Source of the DNA: an uncultured Candidatus Saccharibacteria bacterium
GTDB lineage: Bacteria > Patescibacteriota > Minisyncoccia > UBA6257 > 2-01-FULL-56-20
Assembly (NCBI GenBank): GCA_964577245.1
Contig: CAZNYI010000003.1
Location: forward strand, 1-33,704
Direction: 5' to 3'
DNA length: 33,704 nt
The position numbers and the translations under genes are program-made. The notes below the pieces were generated by a model. It did not search any database and was not told the origin of the DNA. It saw only the letters and a list, made by a program, of their open reading frames with translations. This document shows, piece by piece, positions 29,535-33,704 of the stretch; within the stretch, counting starts at the first letter, position 1, and every line of letters begins with the position of its first letter.

Positions 29535-30959
29535 ATGGAAAAAGAGAAAGAGGGTGCGACGATAGTGAAAGAAGCGATTGTTGAAACAACTGCGCCAGTG
29601 GCGGTTGTTTCGGCTCCGGTGGTTGCGCCCGTCGTTGCCCCCGCTCCCGCCGAACCGGAAAAGTTCTGCAAGAAGTTTCTTTTCGTGACCGACGAAGCGC
29701 TCGTGGTGGATTTAGCATGGAAGGTAAAAGAGGAGGGCAACGAAGTGAAGATGTATATCGGCAATGAAGACGACCAGGATATCGGCGACGGTTTTTTTGA
29801 AAAAGTGGATGACTGGAAAACGTGCGTTGACTGGGCGGACGTGATCGTGTTTGACGATGTGATCGCCGGCGACGACGGCTTCGGGAAAGTGGCGGACGAG
29901 CTGCGCGCGAAGGGCAAATTGGTGGTGGGCGGGAGCGACTATACCGACCGGCTGGAGATAGACCGCGAGTTCGGTCAGCAAGAGATGAAGGCTGCGGGCA
30001 TGCTTGTTTTGGCGCACTGGGACTTTGATAACTTCGGTGATGCGATAGAATTTTTGAAAGGAAATCCGGGGCGCTATGTCTTCAAGCCGTCCGAGGGCGA
30101 CCTGGATTGGCACATGAAGAATCTTCTCTTTATTGGCCAGGAAGAAGATGGCAAAGACCTGCTTGAAGTGTTAGAGCACAACCGCAAAAGCTGGTCGCGC
30201 AAGATCAAGCGGTTCCAGCTGCAAAAGGTGGCCACGGGCGTTGAGATCGCGGTCGGCGCGTTCTTCAATGGCACCGATTTTATCACGCCCGTCAATATCA
30301 ACTTTGAACACAAAAAATTATTCCCGGGCGACATCGGTCCGCCGACCGGCGAGATGGGCACGCTCATGTTTTGGGCAGACCCAAATAGTTTTTTCCAGGC
30401 GACCCTCGGCAAAATGTTGGAAAAACTGCGCGCGAGCAAATATGTGGGCTATATCGACGTAAATTGCATCGCGAACGCTCGCGGCGTGTATCCGTTGGAA
30501 TTCACCTCGCGCTTCGGATATCCCACGATCAGCATCCACATGGAAGGTATCTTGAGCCCGATGGGAGAGTTCCTTTATGCGCTTGCAAAAGGGGAGCAGT
30601 ATCCCTTGAAAACCCAAAAAGGATTCCAGGTGGGCGTGGTGATCGCAACGCCGCCGTTCCCGTATCGCGACGACAAAATGTTCCAGGTCTATAAAGATAT
30701 TTCCATCCTGTTCAAAAAATCCAATCTGGACGGCGTCCATCTTGGTGATGTAAAAATGGTGGACGGCGACTGGAAGCTTGCCGGCAAGAGCGGCTATGTG
30801 CTCGTCGTGACCGGTTCAAACACCACCGTGGAGGATGCGCGCCGTCAGGCCTACCGCCGCATAGAAAACATAATGCTTCAAAATATGTTCTATCGCACGG
30901 ATATCGGCGCGAAGTGGTCGGGAGAAAGCGACGAGTTGCACACGTGGGGCGTCTTGTAA
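29535..30959 (+). CDS. PurD-like ATP-grasp ligase with an Ala/Pro/Val-rich N-terminal linker
   Basis: LAWKV and NFEHKKLFPGDIGPPTGEMGT parallel the PurD blocks ALAWKL and DHKR...GD-x-GPNTGGMG. The N-terminus carries APVAVVSAPVVAPVVAPAPAEPE. Confidence 0.65.
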   Translation: MEKEKEGATIVKEAIVETTAPVAVVSAPVVAPVVAPAPAEPEKFCKKFLFVTDEALVVDLAWKVKEEGNEVKMYIGNEDDQDIGDGFFEKVDDWKTCVDWADVIVFDDVIAGDDGFGKVADELRAKGKLVVGGSDYTDRLEIDREFGQQEMKAAGMLVLAHWDFDNFGDAIEFLKGNPGRYVFKPSEGDLDWHMKNLLFIGQEEDGKDLLEVLEHNRKSWSRKIKRFQLQKVATGVEIAVGAFFNGTDFITPVNINFEHKKLFPGDIGPPTGEMGTLMFWADPNSFFQATLGKMLEKLRASKYVGYIDVNCIANARGVYPLEFTSRFGYPTISIHMEGILSPMGEFLYALAKGEQYPLKTQKGFQVGVVIATPPFPYRDDKMFQVYKDISILFKKSNLDGVHLGDVKMVDGDWKLAGKSGYVLVVTGSNTTVEDARRQAYRRIENIMLQNMFYRTDIGAKWSGESDELHTWGVL

Positions 30960-30971
30960 TACACTATTCCG

Positions 30972-31328
30972 ATGACCATTGATGAATTTTTGGCGAACGA
31001 TCTGCGGGTGGGGAAAATTGTGGCGGCGGAGCGTGTGGAAGGTTCGGAAAAACTTTTGAAGCTGCAGGTGGACCTTGGCGAGGGCGGTGCCGAAGGCGCG
31101 CCCGCGGATGCAGCACCCGTGCTGCGGCAGATCGTGTCAGGGATCGCGAAGGCCTATGCGCCGGAAGCGCTCGTGGGCCGCGAAGTGGTGATCATCGCAA
31201 ATCTTGAGCCGCGCACCATTATGGGCCTGCCGAGCCAAGGGATGATCCTTGCCGCACACGGCGAAGGCGGCGTGCCGGTTTTGCTTAAGCCGTGGGCTGC
31301 TGTTCCGCCCGGCTCCAAAATAACATGA
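30972..31328 (+). CDS. tRNA-binding domain protein (CsaA/Trbp111-like)
   Basis: DLRVGKIVAAERVEGSEKLLKLQVDLGE...VIIANLEPRTIMGLPSQGMILAA matches the tRNA_bind OB-fold signature. Confidence 0.8.
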   Translation: MTIDEFLANDLRVGKIVAAERVEGSEKLLKLQVDLGEGGAEGAPADAAPVLRQIVSGIAKAYAPEALVGREVVIIANLEPRTIMGLPSQGMILAAHGEGGVPVLLKPWAAVPPGSKIT

Positions 31329-31840
31329 ACAAAACAATCTCTATAATCCTCTTTGTGGTGCTCGCGGTCGCGGTGGTCGGCGCGGCGATGTGGTACAACA
31401 ATAAATCCGATCAAGCGATGCAGCAGGCGCAGACGCAGGCGGCGATCATTGCTCAGCAGGAACAAGCACAAACCTTAGCAAAAATTATGCAAAACTTTAA
31501 AATAACCGACACAGTGGTGGGGACGGGCGCGGTAGTGAATAACGGCGACACGGTGAACGTGCTCTACACGGGCACGCTTCCCGACGGCACAGTGTTTGAC
31601 GCATCGTCAAAGCACGGGAACCAACCATTCAGCTTTACGGTGGGCGCGCAAAACGTTATTCAAGGATGGGATCTCGGCGTGGTCGGCATGAAGGTAGGCG
31701 GCACGCGCGAACTTACGATCCCGCCGGAACTTGGTTACGGCGCAGGTGGCTATCCGCCGATCATTCCGGGGAACACAACGTTGCACTTCACGATCCAGCT
31801 TCTTTCCATTGCGACGAGCTCGCCGACGAGCACGCAGTAG
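31325..31840 (+). CDS. membrane-anchored FKBP-type peptidyl-prolyl isomerase
   Basis: VLYTGTLPDGTVFDAS, VIQGWDLGVVGMKVGGTRELTIPPELGYG and LHFTIQLL. N-terminal helix ISIILFVVLAVAVVGAAMW. ATG 31325 overlaps the upstream TGA. Confidence 0.85.
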   Translation: MNKTISIILFVVLAVAVVGAAMWYNNKSDQAMQQAQTQAAIIAQQEQAQTLAKIMQNFKITDTVVGTGAVVNNGDTVNVLYTGTLPDGTVFDASSKHGNQPFSFTVGAQNVIQGWDLGVVGMKVGGTRELTIPPELGYGAGGYPPIIPGNTTLHFTIQLLSIATSSPTSTQ

Positions 31841-31873
31841 GTTTGCAATAAACGGGGTATATAAAAAGCACAT

Positions 31874-31903
31874 GGGTGTCCGTAAGGACACCCGTTTGTG
31901 TTA
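31874..31903 (+). terminator. intrinsic terminator
   Basis: Stem GGGTGTCC 31874-31881 / GGACACCC 31886-31893 with a GTAA loop, then GTTTGTGTT. Confidence 0.8.
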
Positions 31904-32041
31904 GTGGCTCGGCATTGATTGGATCAATACCGTCGCCTTGTCTAAGAACGCCAAGAGAAAGGCGCTCAGGGCTCGCAGCACGTCTGGCATAAAAATACCG
32001 AAGACGATGATGAGTGCTGCGAAACCGATGGCTTTCGACAT
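31901..32041 (-). CDS. possible small membrane protein, 46 aa
   Basis: MSKAIGFAALIIVFGIFMPDVLRALSAFLLAFL is strongly hydrophobic. The start is ambiguous (the tracked ORF extends to 32086) and the SD is weak. Confidence 0.3.
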   Translation of the reverse strand: MSKAIGFAALIIVFGIFMPDVLRALSAFLLAFLDKATVLIQSMPSH

Positions 32042-32299
32042 AGCCTTGGTGCAGGGAGGGGTTGGTTTATAGCAGCCCGACCACACTGCCGGCCATGTCT
32101 TGGCCTTCCTCCTGCGGAAAACGTCTGATCGCTTAGGCGATCGTTTGGCGATCGGTCGGTGCCGCTTCCCGCAAGAGGAAGGTTGTTTTGGATGTGCTAC
32201 CCTTATTTTATGGCAAAAACTTGACGCAGGTCAAGCTTTGGGGCTTAATCCCATTTTAGAATTTTTTAATGTTTGTTTGGCATAATGAAAATAAAAAAC

Positions 32300-32974
32300 A
32301 TGCGCGTACTACTTTTAGAAGACGAAAAAGACATTGCAGATTACGTCACGACCAGCCTCAAGGCCCAGAACTTTGCGGTGGATTGTGCGATCACGGGTGA
32401 AAAAGGCCTTATGTGGGCCAAAGTGAATTCATATGACGTGGGAATTTTTGATATCAAGCTGGCCGGCGAACAAACTGGCTTGCAAGTGTGCAAAAACCTA
32501 CGCGAGAACGGGAAAACATTTCCCATTATTATTCTTTCAGTGACGGGTGACGTGACAACGAAAATCGAAGCACTCAATCTTGGCGCGGACGATTATCTAG
32601 CGAAGCCATTCTCATTCGCGGAACTTTTGGCACGCGTGAATGCACTCATGCGACGCGAGAAAAAGCTCACGGGGCCGCTTTTGAGTGTGAACGGCCTTAC
32701 GATGGATACGCAGGGGCGCATCGTGATGCGCGAGGGCAAGCGCATTGAGCTGAACCGCAAAGAATTCGCGTTGCTTGAATATTTAATGCGGAATCCAGGA
32801 ATCACCTTAACGCGCGCGATGATCTTGGAGCACGTGTGGGATATGAATGCCGACCCATTCACGAATACGGTGGATGTCCATATTCGCTTTCTGCGCGAGA
32901 AGGTAGATGTCGGCTACACAAAAAAGCTTTTGAAAACCGTGCACGGGTTCGGGTATCGGCTAGAGGACCAGTAG
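32300..32974 (+). CDS. OmpR/PhoB-family response regulator
   Basis: MRVLLLEDE, DVGIFDIKL (acceptor Asp), DDYLAKPF, and the winged-helix end TVHGFGYRL. In-frame alternative starts lie at 32285 and 32273. Confidence 0.85.
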   Translation: MRVLLLEDEKDIADYVTTSLKAQNFAVDCAITGEKGLMWAKVNSYDVGIFDIKLAGEQTGLQVCKNLRENGKTFPIIILSVTGDVTTKIEALNLGADDYLAKPFSFAELLARVNALMRREKKLTGPLLSVNGLTMDTQGRIVMREGKRIELNRKEFALLEYLMRNPGITLTRAMILEHVWDMNADPFTNTVDVHIRFLREKVDVGYTKKLLKTVHGFGYRLEDQ

Positions 32975-32976
32975 CT

Positions 32977-33363
32977 TTACGTTTTGAGTTTTTTGCCAAC
33001 TTCCGACGGAGCGTCATAAAAAATGACGCTTTTCGTTATCCCCATCATGGTTTCAGAAATATCGGATCCGGTTTTTGCTATAACGACGATCGGTATGTTT
33101 TTGGCAAACGCATAGCCGGCTTCTATCCCGAGTCCAACCCCTTTTTCGCTAAGTTCAACGATCAACACGTCAGCGCTGTCGATTTCTTTGAAAGTGATGC
33201 TCATAAGCTCCTCGGGCGAAAATTTTTGTTCACCCCATTTTTCATAATCGCGAACCATGACTCGCGTTTCAATGCCGACGGCGCGTAACGAGTCCGACAG
33301 TTGTTCGATCCGTTCCCTATTGCTAAAATCCGGATGGAATTTGATTGCAAGATATGCCTTCAT
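32977..33363 (-). CDS. nucleoside 2-deoxyribosyltransferase-like protein
   Basis: SADVLIVELSEKGVGLGIEAGYAFAKNIPIVVI resembles the D-x-G-T-x-x-E-x-G-Y-A block of the family. By eye only. Confidence 0.55.
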   Translation of the reverse strand: MKAYLAIKFHPDFSNRERIEQLSDSLRAVGIETRVMVRDYEKWGEQKFSPEELMSITFKEIDSADVLIVELSEKGVGLGIEAGYAFAKNIPIVVIAKTGSDISETMMGITKSVIFYDAPSEVGKKLKT

Positions 33364-33402
33364 TTACTTATCAATGGTAACAAATGCGCTATAATGAAGC
33401 CA

Positions 33403-33704
33403 ATGATCGCTAAGAGTGACCTGCCGCGGCTGCGGCGCCGTGCGGCACGCATCATCACCATTTTAAAAAAGCTTTTCCCAAACGCGAAGATCGCGCTTCG
33501 TTATCGCACCGATTGGGAGTTGCTGGTCGCGGTGCAGCTTTCCGCACAATGCACCGATAAAAAAGTGAACGAGGTGACGCCGGCGCTTTTCAAGAAATAT
33601 CAGAAGCTGGACGATTACGTGCGCGCGAAGCCCCGCGAATTTGAGCGTGCCATTCATGCCTGCGGTTTTTATCGTGCAAAGACGCGCAATATTTTGGCGG
33701 CGGC
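33403..33704 (+). CDS. nth: endonuclease III (3' end outside the window)
   Basis: LFPNAKIALRYRTDWELLVAVQLSAQCTDKKVNEVTPALF is a typical Nth N-terminus. TATAAT 33390-33395 lies 7 nt upstream of ATG 33403; ATG 33394 is in frame but overlaps the -10 box. Confidence 0.85.
   Translation, partial: MIAKSDLPRLRRRAARIITILKKLFPNAKIALRYRTDWELLVAVQLSAQCTDKKVNEVTPALFKKYQKLDDYVRAKPREFERAIHACGFYRAKTRNILAA

Noticed and set aside
32300-32974. An orphan OmpR-type regulator as something unusual
   Set aside because: No histidine kinase is in the window, but the partner could lie elsewhere. Orphan regulators are common, so this is not informative by itself.
1-33704. CRISPR arrays, integrase/transposase genes, reverse transcriptases, rRNA genes
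   Set aside because: No spaced direct-repeat array is visible. No ORF has recombinase, DDE or RT motifs, and there are no rRNA-like stretches. The only tandem repeat is the in-frame 45-bp unit at 24464-24557.

Overview
All calls were made by eye from the sequence and the ORF track; no searches were run. The window reads as a bacterial chromosome segment. My guess is a small-genome lineage such as Patescibacteria/CPR, but the sequence alone cannot establish that.

Layout:
- 1-203: the 3' end of a murF-like gene and a tRNA-Glu(CUC).
- About 201-15,300: an accessory mosaic. It opens with a 41-bp perfect palindrome abutting the tRNA and a GC-rich module of nested palindromes. About 25 mostly monocistronic units follow. 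Visibly AT-rich genes (DUF262 protein, cytidine-deaminase-like plus SAM methyltransferase, two HicB-HicA pairs, NlpC/P60-like, two Nudix genes) alternate with visibly GC-rich orphan genes. Each GC-rich gene carries its own TTGAC(A/T)-N16-18-TAnnnT promoter, a strong Shine-Dalgarno (SD) site and a hairpin terminator. No integrase, transposase, reverse transcriptase or CRISPR array is visible.
- 15,342-33,704: mostly plus-strand housekeeping genes (tpiA, SIMPL, GtrA, murB, hpf, secA, acyltransferase, HAD, FKBP, OmpR-type regulator, nth). Three GC-rich secreted or membrane cassettes sit antisense among them.

Most system-like unexplained locus: a tight operon at 26,405-31,840 plus a divergent gene at 25,577-26,341. 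It combines two SET-domain proteins, a HEFGH metallopeptidase, a DUF2156/MprF-C-like transferase, a PurD-like ATP-grasp ligase, a tRNA-binding protein and an anchored FKBP.

Other notable points:
- Two translation-initiation regimes track base composition: a -10 box 6-8 nt before the start codon with no SD, versus SD-led cassettes.
- An AGTTAG-type motif recurs just after the -10 box of several cassettes.
- There are two candidate small RNAs and a murB leader with mutually exclusive pairings.
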